NCBI GenBank assembly: GCA_035466435.1 | Contig: DATIUW010000166.1 | Span: 15,823-79,822 of the forward strand | Direction: 5' to 3' | DNA length: 64,000 bases | Source: Polyangiales bacterium | Lineage (GTDB): Bacteria > Myxococcota_A > Polyangia > Polyangiales > Houyiibacteriaceae | Shown: piece by piece, positions 1 through 8,381 of the stretch | Numbering within the stretch: position 1 is the stretch's first letter | Layout of the letters: each line of letters opens with the position of its first letter | Translations under genes and position numbers: made by a program | Notes under the pieces: model-generated | Told to the model about the DNA's origin: nothing | Database searches by the model: none | Seen by the model: the letters and a program-made list of their open reading frames with translations, nothing else

Positions 1-43
1 GCCCCGGCACCCGGCTCACGCACCCCGAACCTCGATCCCCGAT

Positions 44-904
44 CTACCGCTTCGGAGCCTCTCGGTTCAGGACCTTGAGCACTTCCTGCAAATCCTCCCA
101 CACCGGCTTCTTGAATTGCGGGCTTCGGAGGAGGAATGCCGGGTGGTACGTCGGCATCACCGGGATGCCGCGCCACTCGCTCCAAATGCCGCGCCATCTT
201 CCTGCAGGCGGCACGCACTGCAGATTCTCCGCGGCGCAACGACCGAGCGCGACGATGACCTTGGGCCGAACGAGCTCGAGCTGCGGAATCAAGAAGTGAG
301 CACAGGCACGTGCTTCAGTCGGCAGCGGCGTGCGGTTGTCCGGCGGACGGCACTTCACGACGTTGCAAACGTAGACGCCATCGCGATCGTAGCCCATCGC
401 GCCGATCATCCGGTCGAGAAGCTGGCCGGCCTTTCCCACGAAGGGCACGCCCTCTTGATCTTCGTGATACCCCGGCCCCTCGCCGACGAACACCAAATCG
501 GTGTCGGGTGTGCCGCGTGCGAAAACGCTCTTCGTTCGGCCGCGGTGCAGCTCGCAGCGCGTACACTCGGCCGCCTCGGCAGCAAGCACTTCGAGACGTG
601 CACGCACGTCGAGATTCGACTCTCCGAGGCCTGGCCCCTCCACCTGGCGCTCGGGCGCCATGATTGCCGGGGCCTCCGGAAAGCCCCCGCCACCGAGCGC
701 CTCTTCCCACCGCAGCAGCTCCTGCGCACTGGCTGCGACCGATGCAAGCTCGTTTTCCGGGTCCGCCGCCACGTCGGCGCGAGTATAGGCCGGTTTCGTT
801 GACTTGGCCGCTCTCGGGTCGCTACTCTCGTAATCCGAGGGGGATTTCCAGCGGAATATGTCGAGGGCTCGAGTCTTGGCCATCGGGGATACCCACGTTG
901 GCAT
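44..904 (-). CDS. Uracil-DNA glycosylase, family 4 (Fe-S type), possibly with N-terminal extension
   Basis: CTRCELHRGRT cysteine block followed by LVFVGEGPGYHEDQEGVPFVGKAGQLLD and C-terminal TYHPAFLLR, the family-4 UDG signature blocks. Start is uncertain: ATG at 904, 883 or 661. Start 661 would give a canonical protein of about 206 aa. Confidence 0.85.
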   Translation of the reverse strand: MPTWVSPMAKTRALDIFRWKSPSDYESSDPRAAKSTKPAYTRADVAADPENELASVAASAQELLRWEEALGGGGFPEAPAIMAPERQVEGPGLGESNLDVRARLEVLAAEAAECTRCELHRGRTKSVFARGTPDTDLVFVGEGPGYHEDQEGVPFVGKAGQLLDRMIGAMGYDRDGVYVCNVVKCRPPDNRTPLPTEARACAHFLIPQLELVRPKVIVALGRCAAENLQCVPPAGRWRGIWSEWRGIPVMPTYHPAFLLRSPQFKKPVWEDLQEVLKVLNREAPKR

Positions 905-1634
905 GAAGCGTACTCACAACGAGGACAGCTTCATGCTGGCCGACGAGGACAACCTCTACGTGGTCGCCGATGGCATGGGCGGACATTCCTCCGGTGAGGT
1001 CGCGAGCCGAATGGCGATCGACACACTTCGGGAGTTCTTTCGGGCGACCGCCGCGGACCCTGAAGCGACCTGGCCGTACAAGATGGACAAAGCGCGCGGC
1101 TATGAGGAGAACCGGCTGATCACGGGCATCAAGCTGGCGAATCTCCGTATCTACGAAGCGGCGCAGAAGAATCCCAACATGCACAGCATGGGTACGACGG
1201 TCGTCGGCATCCTCGTCGTCGAAGACGGTGTGCTGATCGGCCACGTCGGTGACAGCCGTGTCTACCGAATCCGCGATGGAAAAATGGAGCAACTCACGAG
1301 CGATCATTCCCTGCTCAACGACTACATCAAGATGAAGCGCCTCTCGGACGAGGAGATCGAAAACTTCCCGCTCAAGAACGTCATCGTCCGGGCGCTGGGA
1401 ATGAAATCCACCGTGAAGGTCGACACCGTCTTGGACCGACCCGAGATCGGCGACATCTACGTGCTGTGCAGCGACGGGCTTTGCGGGCCGGTTTCAGACG
1501 CGGAGATCCAGCGAATCGTCACCTCCCAGCAAGACATGCAGACCGCTGCCAACAAGCTGATCGACAGCGCCAATGAAGCGGGCGGCCCGGACAACATCAC
1601 CGTGGTTCTCGCGAAGGTCATGGGTCTGAGCTGA
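858..1634 (+). CDS. PP2C-family Ser/Thr protein phosphatase
   Basis: DTHVGMKRTHNEDSF, VADGMGGHSSGEVAS, VGDSRVYR, LCSDGL and GGPDNITVV motifs in the order typical of bacterial PPM/PP2C phosphatases; 258 aa. Confidence 0.9.
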   Translation: MSRARVLAIGDTHVGMKRTHNEDSFMLADEDNLYVVADGMGGHSSGEVASRMAIDTLREFFRATAADPEATWPYKMDKARGYEENRLITGIKLANLRIYEAAQKNPNMHSMGTTVVGILVVEDGVLIGHVGDSRVYRIRDGKMEQLTSDHSLLNDYIKMKRLSDEEIENFPLKNVIVRALGMKSTVKVDTVLDRPEIGDIYVLCSDGLCGPVSDAEIQRIVTSQQDMQTAANKLIDSANEAGGPDNITVVLAKVMGLS

Positions 1635-2574
1635 TCTCGATTCGGTGGAGCGGGGTGAGCACCGCGTTCGAAGCCGACTCTTGCACTCGCGTCCCGTCCC
1701 AGACCACGCAACGGTCGAGCTGCACGCCTTCGTCGAGCCGCACGCCCTCGCCGACGACGCAGTGTTGCAACTGCGCGGAAGGCTCGACGGAGGGAGCCAA
1801 GATGGAGCCCTCTTCGGAAACGATACCCGGCCACGGGAAAGAACCTGAAGCAAGCTCTAGGTTCAGCCGATGATATTCCGAAATTGTCCCTAAATCCGCC
1901 CAAGGCGTGTCATCCACGATGCCGAGCACCGGCGCGCCGCGATCGACCCACTGACGGTAGGCCGTGCGAATGACGCATCCGGATTCGGGCAGCGCCTCGA
2001 AGGCCTCCGGAGCCAAGATGTGTACCCCGGTAAACATGAGCTCCTCGACGACCACGCGATCACGGGGCTCTCCGAGGAGCGTGCGAACCCAGCCGTTTTC
2101 GTCGATGCCGATCGCCCCGAAGCGGGAGGGGTCGGTCGCTCGGCGAAGTATCATGGTTGCCACGGCGCCGCGGCGGAGGTGCTCCCTGCAGGCGGTGCGG
2201 AGATCCGGCGCGAAGAGCGTGTCTCCATTCATGACAATTGTGGAAGCTCGTGGGTCATCGAACAATCCCTGGGCCCTGCGCAAGCCGCCTCCGGTGCCGA
2301 GCAGGATCTCCTCTCTCGAGAAACGCAGCGTCACATCGGGCGGGCATGCTGCTTTTAGGGCGGATTCCACTTCTTCAGCCCGAGGATGCGTGTTGGCCAC
2401 GAGGGTCCGCACCCCTGCGCGCGCCAAGTGCTCCATGGCGAAGCCGCCGAGTGGTCTATTGGCGACGGGCACGATCGGCTTTGGGCGGAGATCGGTGAGC
2501 GGCCGCAGGCGAGATCCGAGCCCGGCTGCTAGGAGCATGGCTTGCACGCCGGCATCGTAGTCGCCTGAATGCAA
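1618..2574 (-). CDS. NDP-sugar pyrophosphorylase (nucleotidyltransferase family) with C-terminal beta-helix-like region
   Basis: N-terminal LLAAGLGSRLRPLTDLRPKPIVPV (GxGxRLxPLTxxxPK) sugar-nucleotidyltransferase signature. Possible starts are TTG 2574, GTG 2547 and ATG 2538. The 3' end overlaps the PP2C 3' end by 17 nt. Confidence 0.8.
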   Translation of the reverse strand: MHSGDYDAGVQAMLLAAGLGSRLRPLTDLRPKPIVPVANRPLGGFAMEHLARAGVRTLVANTHPRAEEVESALKAACPPDVTLRFSREEILLGTGGGLRRAQGLFDDPRASTIVMNGDTLFAPDLRTACREHLRRGAVATMILRRATDPSRFGAIGIDENGWVRTLLGEPRDRVVVEELMFTGVHILAPEAFEALPESGCVIRTAYRQWVDRGAPVLGIVDDTPWADLGTISEYHRLNLELASGSFPWPGIVSEEGSILAPSVEPSAQLQHCVVGEGVRLDEGVQLDRCVVWDGTRVQESASNAVLTPLHRIEISSDP

Positions 2575-2605
2575 ACGAACCAGGGAATCTAGAGCGAATA
2601 GGGCC

Positions 2606-2611
2606 TATAAT
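2606..2611 (+). promoter_or_regulatory. Candidate -10 box (TATAAT) for the nucleotide-sugar operon
   Basis: Perfect TATAAT 21 nt upstream of ATG 2633, followed by the purine-rich AAGGGGGG Shine-Dalgarno (2623-2630). No convincing -35 hexamer at 16-18 nt spacing, so this is weak. Confidence 0.3.
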
Positions 2612-2632
2612 GCCTGGGGCGCAAGGGGGGCC

Positions 2633-3613
2633 ATGAAGAAGATCCTGCTGACCGGGGCCGCTGGATTCATTGGAAGCAATGCTGCCTCCGCGCTGCTACT
2701 GCGCGGGGACGTCGTGGTCGGGGTCGACAATCTCAACGACTACTACGACCCGGCGCGAAAGCTCGCGAACTTGGAGGAAGTTCGGGCTTCCGCTCCCGAC
2801 CCCGCCAAGTTCATCTTCCACAAGATGGATATCCGGGACGAATCAGGCATCGATGCGCTCTGCGCCGAGCACCGCTTCGACGTCATCATCCACTTGGCCG
2901 CGATGGCAGGGGTTCGCGCATCCATCGAGGACCCGAAGCTCTATCTCGACGTCAACCTCGGCGGTACGTTGAATCTGCTCTTGGCTGCGCAACGTCACGG
3001 CCAGCCACTCTTCGTTTTCGCGTCCACTTCCTCGGTCTATGGCGAGACGGAAATCATTCCGTTCATCGAAACCGATCGGGCGGACCGACCGTTGGCTCCG
3101 TATCCGGCAAGCAAGCGCGCCGCCGAGCTTCTCGGCTATTCATACTTCCACTTGTTCGGACAGAACTTCACGGCTCTCCGCTTCTTCACCGTCTACGGAC
3201 CACGGGGACGTCCCGACATGATGGCCTACAAAGTTCTAGACAACATTTTTCGAGATATGGATGTCCCTCTCTACAACGACGGCCGAATGCATCGTGACTG
3301 GACATACGTCGACGACATCGTGCAGGGCATCATCGCCGCTGCCGACGAGCCCCTCGGGTACGAAATCCTGAACCTGGGACGAGGGCAGCCTACGCTCTTG
3401 GCCGATTTCGTCGGTCTCATCGAGGAACAGGCGGGCCGCCGTGCTCATTTGACTAGCAGCCCCATGCCGGCGGCGGACATCGAGTACACCTACGCCAGCA
3501 TCGACCGGGCCCGCGAGCTCCTGGGCTATTCCCCCACGGTGACGGTCGAGCAAGGCGTTGCGAGATTTTGGCAGTGGTACCGCAAAGCAGTGCTAAAGGA
3601 TGGCGCGTCATGA
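2633..3613 (+). CDS. NAD-dependent epimerase/dehydratase (UDP-glucuronate 4-epimerase-like)
   Basis: GAAGFIGSN Rossmann motif and YPASKRAAE (YxxxK) catalytic motif; 326 aa, extended SDR fold. Confidence 0.8.
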   Translation: MKKILLTGAAGFIGSNAASALLLRGDVVVGVDNLNDYYDPARKLANLEEVRASAPDPAKFIFHKMDIRDESGIDALCAEHRFDVIIHLAAMAGVRASIEDPKLYLDVNLGGTLNLLLAAQRHGQPLFVFASTSSVYGETEIIPFIETDRADRPLAPYPASKRAAELLGYSYFHLFGQNFTALRFFTVYGPRGRPDMMAYKVLDNIFRDMDVPLYNDGRMHRDWTYVDDIVQGIIAAADEPLGYEILNLGRGQPTLLADFVGLIEEQAGRRAHLTSSPMPAADIEYTYASIDRARELLGYSPTVTVEQGVARFWQWYRKAVLKDGAS

Positions 3614-5544
3614 GCCGCTTCAAGAACCGCACCACTCAGTTCTTGATCGACATCGGCGTACTGATGATCGCCTTCCTGCTGGCGATGCTGGTGCGATTCG
3701 ATTGGGACGTGCCGAGGCCGATGTTCCGGCAGTTGATGATCGTTCTGCCGTACGTGGTCTTGCTGCAATATGCGTTTCTATCGCTCTTCGGAATCACTCG
3801 GTTCTCGTGGCGATTCATCAGTCTGCGGGATGCGGTTCGAATCTTCGTCGCGGTTGCAAGTGCCACGGCCCTTCTGGTCGGACTCCGATTGGTGAGCCCG
3901 ATGCTGGTCGACCGTGCCCCGCTGGCCCGCTACGCGATCGTGCCCCTCGGCGTGCTCTTGGGCGACTTCGTACTCGCGTTCTTGGGCCTCGCGGGTGTCC
4001 GGGCGATGCGGCGGCTGCTCGGTGAGCAGGTAGCCTGGAGGAGCCACCGCCGAGCAGAGAAGCCGCGCGAGCCGACGCTTTTGGTGGGCGCAGGGCAAGG
4101 AGGCGTCCTGATCGCCCAGGAGATCGCGCGTCGCCCCGACCTCGGCATCGCGCCCGTGGCATTCGTCGATGATGATCCGGTCAAGCAAGGCGCGGTCATT
4201 CACGGGATCAAGGTGCTCGGCACGACCGCGGACTTGGCGCACCTCGCAGCACGCTTTGGCGCCAAGCAGGCGTTGATCACCATCTCGAACGCTCCAGGCA
4301 CGGCGATTCGGCGCATCACCGAGCGCTGCGGCGAGGCGGGGCTCACGGCGAAGATCGTGCCCGGCGCGTACGAGATAGTGCGCGGCCGCGTGAATCTCTC
4401 GCGTATACGCCAGGTCGCCATCGAGGACCTCTTGCGCAGGGAGCCCGTGAAGCTCGATACCGAAGCGGTGTCGGACGTGTTTCGGGGGCAGCCGGTGATG
4501 GTGACGGGCGCAGGAGGGAGCATCGGGTCCGAGCTCTGCCGTCAAGTCGCTGCGTATCGGCCCTCCTCTCTCGTGTTGGTCGAACGCTCCGAGAACAGCC
4601 TCTTCGAGATCCACATGGAGCTGGCCGGCCGTTTTCCGGATCTCGACGTGGTGCCCTGCGTTGCAGACATCACCGACGTCGGGCGAATGACGCAGATCTT
4701 CCGGGATCACCGGCCATTGGTCGTTTTTCACGCCGCGGCCCACAAACACGTTCCCATGATGGAGTGGAACCCAGCCGAAGCGGTGAAGAACAACGTCCTC
4801 GGGACGCAGGTGGTCGCGGATCTCGCCGACAGCTTGGCGGTCGAGCGCTTCGTCATGATATCGACCGACAAAGCCGTAAACCCGACTTCGGTCATGGGTG
4901 CGACCAAGCGTGCGGCCGAGCTCTACGTGCAGGGCCTCGCCGGACAGAGTGCGACGCACTTCGCCACGGTGCGGTTCGGCAACGTGCTCGGCTCTGCAGG
5001 GAGCGTGATTCCGATTTTTCGCAGACAGATAGAAGACGGAGGTCCGATCACGGTCACCCACCCCGAGATGACTCGCTATTTCATGACCATTCCGGAGGCC
5101 GTACAGCTCGTGATGCAAGCGGCCGCGCTCAGCCGGGGCGGCGAGACGTTCATTTTGGACATGGGGCAGCCCGTTCGGATTCTCGACCTCGCGCACGATT
5201 TGATACGGCTGAGTGGGCTCGAACCCGAAAAGGACATCGAAATCCGATTTACCGGGGTTCGGCCCGGCGAGAAGCTCTTCGAGGAGCTTTCGACGCTCAG
5301 CGAAGGAATCGAGCGAACCGCGCATCCAAAGATTTTCAATGGAAGCTATCAGTCGCCGCACCTGCCAACGCTCCGCGCTCAGCTCGATACGCTGGCAGAT
5401 CTTTGCAAGGCCTCGAGCATTCATGCAATCCGCCAATCTCTCGTGCAGATCGTGCCCGAATATGCCGATGGCAAACGTGAAAGCGAGCCACCGACGAACG
5501 TCGACCCCATGATGCGCGAGTCGAAGCCTTTGGAGGTCTTATGA
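3610..5544 (+). CDS. Membrane-anchored polysaccharide biosynthesis protein, CapD/WbpM/PglF family (UDP-HexNAc 4,6-dehydratase-like)
   Basis: Hydrophobic N-terminal helices, then LLVGAGQGG and VTGAGGSIGSEL nucleotide-binding motifs and an MGATKRAAE catalytic region. ATG 3610 overlaps the upstream stop (ATGA 3610-3613). The longest ORF starts at 3568. Confidence 0.85.
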   Translation: MSRFKNRTTQFLIDIGVLMIAFLLAMLVRFDWDVPRPMFRQLMIVLPYVVLLQYAFLSLFGITRFSWRFISLRDAVRIFVAVASATALLVGLRLVSPMLVDRAPLARYAIVPLGVLLGDFVLAFLGLAGVRAMRRLLGEQVAWRSHRRAEKPREPTLLVGAGQGGVLIAQEIARRPDLGIAPVAFVDDDPVKQGAVIHGIKVLGTTADLAHLAARFGAKQALITISNAPGTAIRRITERCGEAGLTAKIVPGAYEIVRGRVNLSRIRQVAIEDLLRREPVKLDTEAVSDVFRGQPVMVTGAGGSIGSELCRQVAAYRPSSLVLVERSENSLFEIHMELAGRFPDLDVVPCVADITDVGRMTQIFRDHRPLVVFHAAAHKHVPMMEWNPAEAVKNNVLGTQVVADLADSLAVERFVMISTDKAVNPTSVMGATKRAAELYVQGLAGQSATHFATVRFGNVLGSAGSVIPIFRRQIEDGGPITVTHPEMTRYFMTIPEAVQLVMQAAALSRGGETFILDMGQPVRILDLAHDLIRLSGLEPEKDIEIRFTGVRPGEKLFEELSTLSEGIERTAHPKIFNGSYQSPHLPTLRAQLDTLADLCKASSIHAIRQSLVQIVPEYADGKRESEPPTNVDPMMRESKPLEVL

Positions 5545-6485
5545 AAGTCCTGATCACGGGAGGAGCCGGCTTCATCGGGAGCCACGTAGCAGAGGCGGCG
5601 ATCGAAGCCGGCCATCGGGTTCTGATAGTCGACGACTTGAGCACGGGACGCACCGAAAACGTTCCCGCGCAGGCGGATTTTCAGCAACTCGACATCCGAG
5701 ACCGCGACTCCCTCAGGGACTTGGTGATCGGGTTCGCGCCCGACGCGATCAGCCATCACGCTGCGCAAGCGAGCGTGTCGGTGAGCGTCCGCAAGCCCGT
5801 CCTCGATGCGGACGTCAACGTCCTCGGCTCGATCAACGTGGCCCAAGCTGCCCTCGAATGTGGCAGTCGGCTGGTATTCGCTAGCACGGGTGGTGCTCTT
5901 TATGGGGAAGTGCCCGAGGGCAAGACTGCAGGCGAAGACTGGCCTGCCTACCCTCTCAGTCCGTACGCGTGCAGTAAGGCGAGCTTCGAGCTCTATCTGC
6001 GCGCCTATGGCTCGACCGCTGGTCTGCGATACACGATCCTCCGTTACGGCAACGTGTACGGCCCGCGTCAGGATCCTCACGGAGAAGCGGGAGTGGTAGC
6101 GATCTTTCTTCAGCGGCTCCTTCGCGGTGAGCCAATTCAGGTCAACGCGCGACGGCAACCCGGTGATGACGGTTGCGTTCGTGACTACGTCTACGTACGC
6201 GACTCGGTACGGGCGAACCTCGCAGCGTTCGATGGGGCACTCGACGGCCGAACCATCAACATCGCCACGGGTATCGGCATGGCGACCAGAACGCTCGCAG
6301 AGCGCCTGGTTGCGCTGGTCGACAGGCCCGCGATCGTCCGCGATGGCGACCACCGACCGGGCGACCTCGAACGTTCGGTGCTCGATCCGTCGATCATGGT
6401 GTCCATCCTCGGGGAGCCGACCCCGATGGACACGGGCTTGGCCGCCACCACCGAGTGGTTTCGGCAACAGGCAGCGCGATCATGA
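5541..6485 (+). CDS. NAD-dependent sugar 4-epimerase (GalE/WbpP-like)
   Basis: ITGGAGFIGSH Rossmann motif and YACSKASFE (YxxxK). ATGA overlap with the upstream gene at 5541-5544. Confidence 0.8.
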   Translation: MKVLITGGAGFIGSHVAEAAIEAGHRVLIVDDLSTGRTENVPAQADFQQLDIRDRDSLRDLVIGFAPDAISHHAAQASVSVSVRKPVLDADVNVLGSINVAQAALECGSRLVFASTGGALYGEVPEGKTAGEDWPAYPLSPYACSKASFELYLRAYGSTAGLRYTILRYGNVYGPRQDPHGEAGVVAIFLQRLLRGEPIQVNARRQPGDDGCVRDYVYVRDSVRANLAAFDGALDGRTINIATGIGMATRTLAERLVALVDRPAIVRDGDHRPGDLERSVLDPSIMVSILGEPTPMDTGLAATTEWFRQQAARS

Positions 6486-7759
6486 CTGAGCGAGTCGGCG
6501 TCGTGGGCCTGGGTTACGTGGGTCTGCCCGTTGCACTGTCTTTCGCGAAGAAATTTGAGGGCACGGTTGGTTTCGACGTGTCGCAAGCGCGCATCGATGC
6601 GCTCCGGGCCCACTCCGATTGGACCGGAGAGGTTTCCGAAAGAGAGCTCGCTCAGAGCAGTCTGCTGCTCACCAGCGATCCCTCGGATCTACGAGGGTGC
6701 ACTTTCTTCATCGTCGCCGTGCCAACGCCGATCGATACGGACCGCCGACCTGATCTCGGCCCGCTTCTGTCTGCAACTCGAACCGTCGGGAACGCGCTCG
6801 CTCCAGGGGCGGTCGTGGTGTACGAGTCCACGGTATATCCAGGCGTGACGGAAGAACGCTGCGGTCCGCTTCTCGCCGAAACGTCGGGCTTGGTCCAGTC
6901 GCGTGATTTCAAGCTGGGATACTCGCCCGAACGCATCAATCCGGGAGACAAGCAGCACTCCTTCGAAAAGATCATCAAAGTCGTGTCCGGACAGGACGCC
7001 GAAACACTCGAGCGGGTAGCCCGGGTCTACGAAACCGTCGTCGATGCAGGCGTCCACCGAGCTGCTTCGATCAAGGTCGCCGAAGCGGCGAAGGTCATCG
7101 AGAACACGCAGCGGGACGTGAACATCGCGCTGATGAACGAGCTCGCCCTGATCTTCGATCGGATGGGGATTCGAACCCGAGACGTCCTCGAAGCGGCGGG
7201 CACCAAGTGGAACTTCCTTCGCTTCACTCCGGGCCTGGTTGGAGGTCATTGCATCGGCGTGGACCCGTACTACCTGACCGCGAAAGCCGAAGCGCTCGGA
7301 TATCATCCCGAGGTCATCCTCGCCGGGCGGCGCATCAACGACAACATGGGCCGCTACGTGGCCGAAAAGACCGTCAAGCTCCTCCGCAAGCAAGATCACC
7401 CAGTCAAGGGCGCACGCCTCGGTGTCCTCGGTCTGACCTTCAAAGAGAACGTGCCCGACTTGAGAAACAGCCGCGTGCCGGACATCGTCATGGAGCTTCG
7501 CGAATACGGCATTGAGCCGATCGTTCATGATCCGCTGGCGGCGCACGAAGAAGCCTTGGGCGAATACGGTATCGACCTTCGTCCTTTCGACGCATTGACC
7601 GACCTCGATGGCGTCATCTTGGCGGTGGCTCATCAACAATATCTCGATCAGCTCGAGCGCGTCGTCTCGAGCGTACGGTCGGGCGGGCTGCTGATCGACG
7701 TGAAGTCCGTATTGCGCCCCGCCGAGATGCGCGCGGACTTGTGCTACTGGAGTCTCTGA
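6482..7759 (+). CDS. Nucleotide-sugar 6-dehydrogenase (UDP-glucose/GDP-mannose dehydrogenase family; TviB/WbpO-like)
   Basis: VGLGYVGLPVALSFA NAD-binding N-terminus and GGHCIGVDPYYL catalytic-Cys motif. ATG 6482 overlaps the upstream stop (ATGA 6482-6485). Confidence 0.85.
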   Translation: MTERVGVVGLGYVGLPVALSFAKKFEGTVGFDVSQARIDALRAHSDWTGEVSERELAQSSLLLTSDPSDLRGCTFFIVAVPTPIDTDRRPDLGPLLSATRTVGNALAPGAVVVYESTVYPGVTEERCGPLLAETSGLVQSRDFKLGYSPERINPGDKQHSFEKIIKVVSGQDAETLERVARVYETVVDAGVHRAASIKVAEAAKVIENTQRDVNIALMNELALIFDRMGIRTRDVLEAAGTKWNFLRFTPGLVGGHCIGVDPYYLTAKAEALGYHPEVILAGRRINDNMGRYVAEKTVKLLRKQDHPVKGARLGVLGLTFKENVPDLRNSRVPDIVMELREYGIEPIVHDPLAAHEEALGEYGIDLRPFDALTDLDGVILAVAHQQYLDQLERVVSSVRSGGLLIDVKSVLRPAEMRADLCYWSL

Positions 7760-7772
7760 GCCGATTGGTGGG

Positions 7773-8381
7773 CTAGAAGAGGCGCTCGGGAACGTAGATG
7801 ATGTCCCCAGCGGCGACCTCGATGTCTTGGGCCTGCCCTTTGGTCACGCGGGCGACTGGTACTCGGTAGCGCACGGTTTCGTTACCGACTCTACGCGTCA
7901 CGACCGTGCCGTCACGATCCGCGAGAGCCGAGAAGCCGCCTGCCCGGGTGATCGCCTCGACGACGGTCATCCCCGGCTCGAGGGCAAAGGTGCCGGGATT
8001 GGCTACGGCGCCCATCACGCTGACGCGTTTGGACGCGTATTGTTCGACGTAGACGGAGACGTGCGGATTGCGCAGCAAGTTCCTCTCTTTGAGAAGCGTC
8101 TGGATCCGGTCTGCCACTTGGGGAGGCTCCAGGCCTTCGACCTGAACGGCGCCCAACAAGGGGAAGTTGATCGTACCGTCCGGCGCCACTTGGTGGCTCC
8201 CACTCATCGGTTCCTCGCCGTAGACGCGGACTGCAAACACGTCTCCCGGTCCGAGGGTCGTATCGTCGGTGGCCGGAGGCGGCACCTCGGTGGTCTTCAC
8301 GCCGCGGTTGCTACAACCTGCGGCGCCAAATCCAACGGCCGAGGCGATCAGAATCAATAAAAGACGCGAAGACCGAGCCAT
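7773..8381 (-). CDS. Short outer-membrane polysaccharide export (OPX/Wza-like) lipoprotein
   Basis: Lipoprotein signal MARSSRLLLILIASAVGFGAAGC. Poly_export-type N-domain (LGPGDVFAVRVYGEE...DGTINFPLLGAVQVEGL...IQTLL) plus a single SLBB-like domain ending DIIYVPERLF. Only about 202 aa, so there is no C-terminal amphipathic helix region. Start ATG 8381 chosen for the signal peptide; the longest ORF starts at 8492. Confidence 0.8.
   Translation of the reverse strand: MARSSRLLLILIASAVGFGAAGCSNRGVKTTEVPPPATDDTTLGPGDVFAVRVYGEEPMSGSHQVAPDGTINFPLLGAVQVEGLEPPQVADRIQTLLKERNLLRNPHVSVYVEQYASKRVSVMGAVANPGTFALEPGMTVVEAITRAGGFSALADRDGTVVTRRVGNETVRYRVPVARVTKGQAQDIEVAAGDIIYVPERLF

Noticed and set aside
3778-5436. 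552-aa minus-strand ORF antisense to the CapD/WbpM-like gene. Similar long antisense ORFs occur at 5421-6467, 6689-7639, 10425-11879, 12034-13506, 30340-31569, 32256-33494, 42858-44234, 44691-46073, 45502-47043, 49510-50442, 50551-51366 and 59127-59909.
   Set aside because: All are Arg/Pro/Gly/His-rich with no recognisable motifs. Each lies opposite a gene with clear family signatures. They are the expected shadow ORFs of a high-GC genome with strong GC3 bias.
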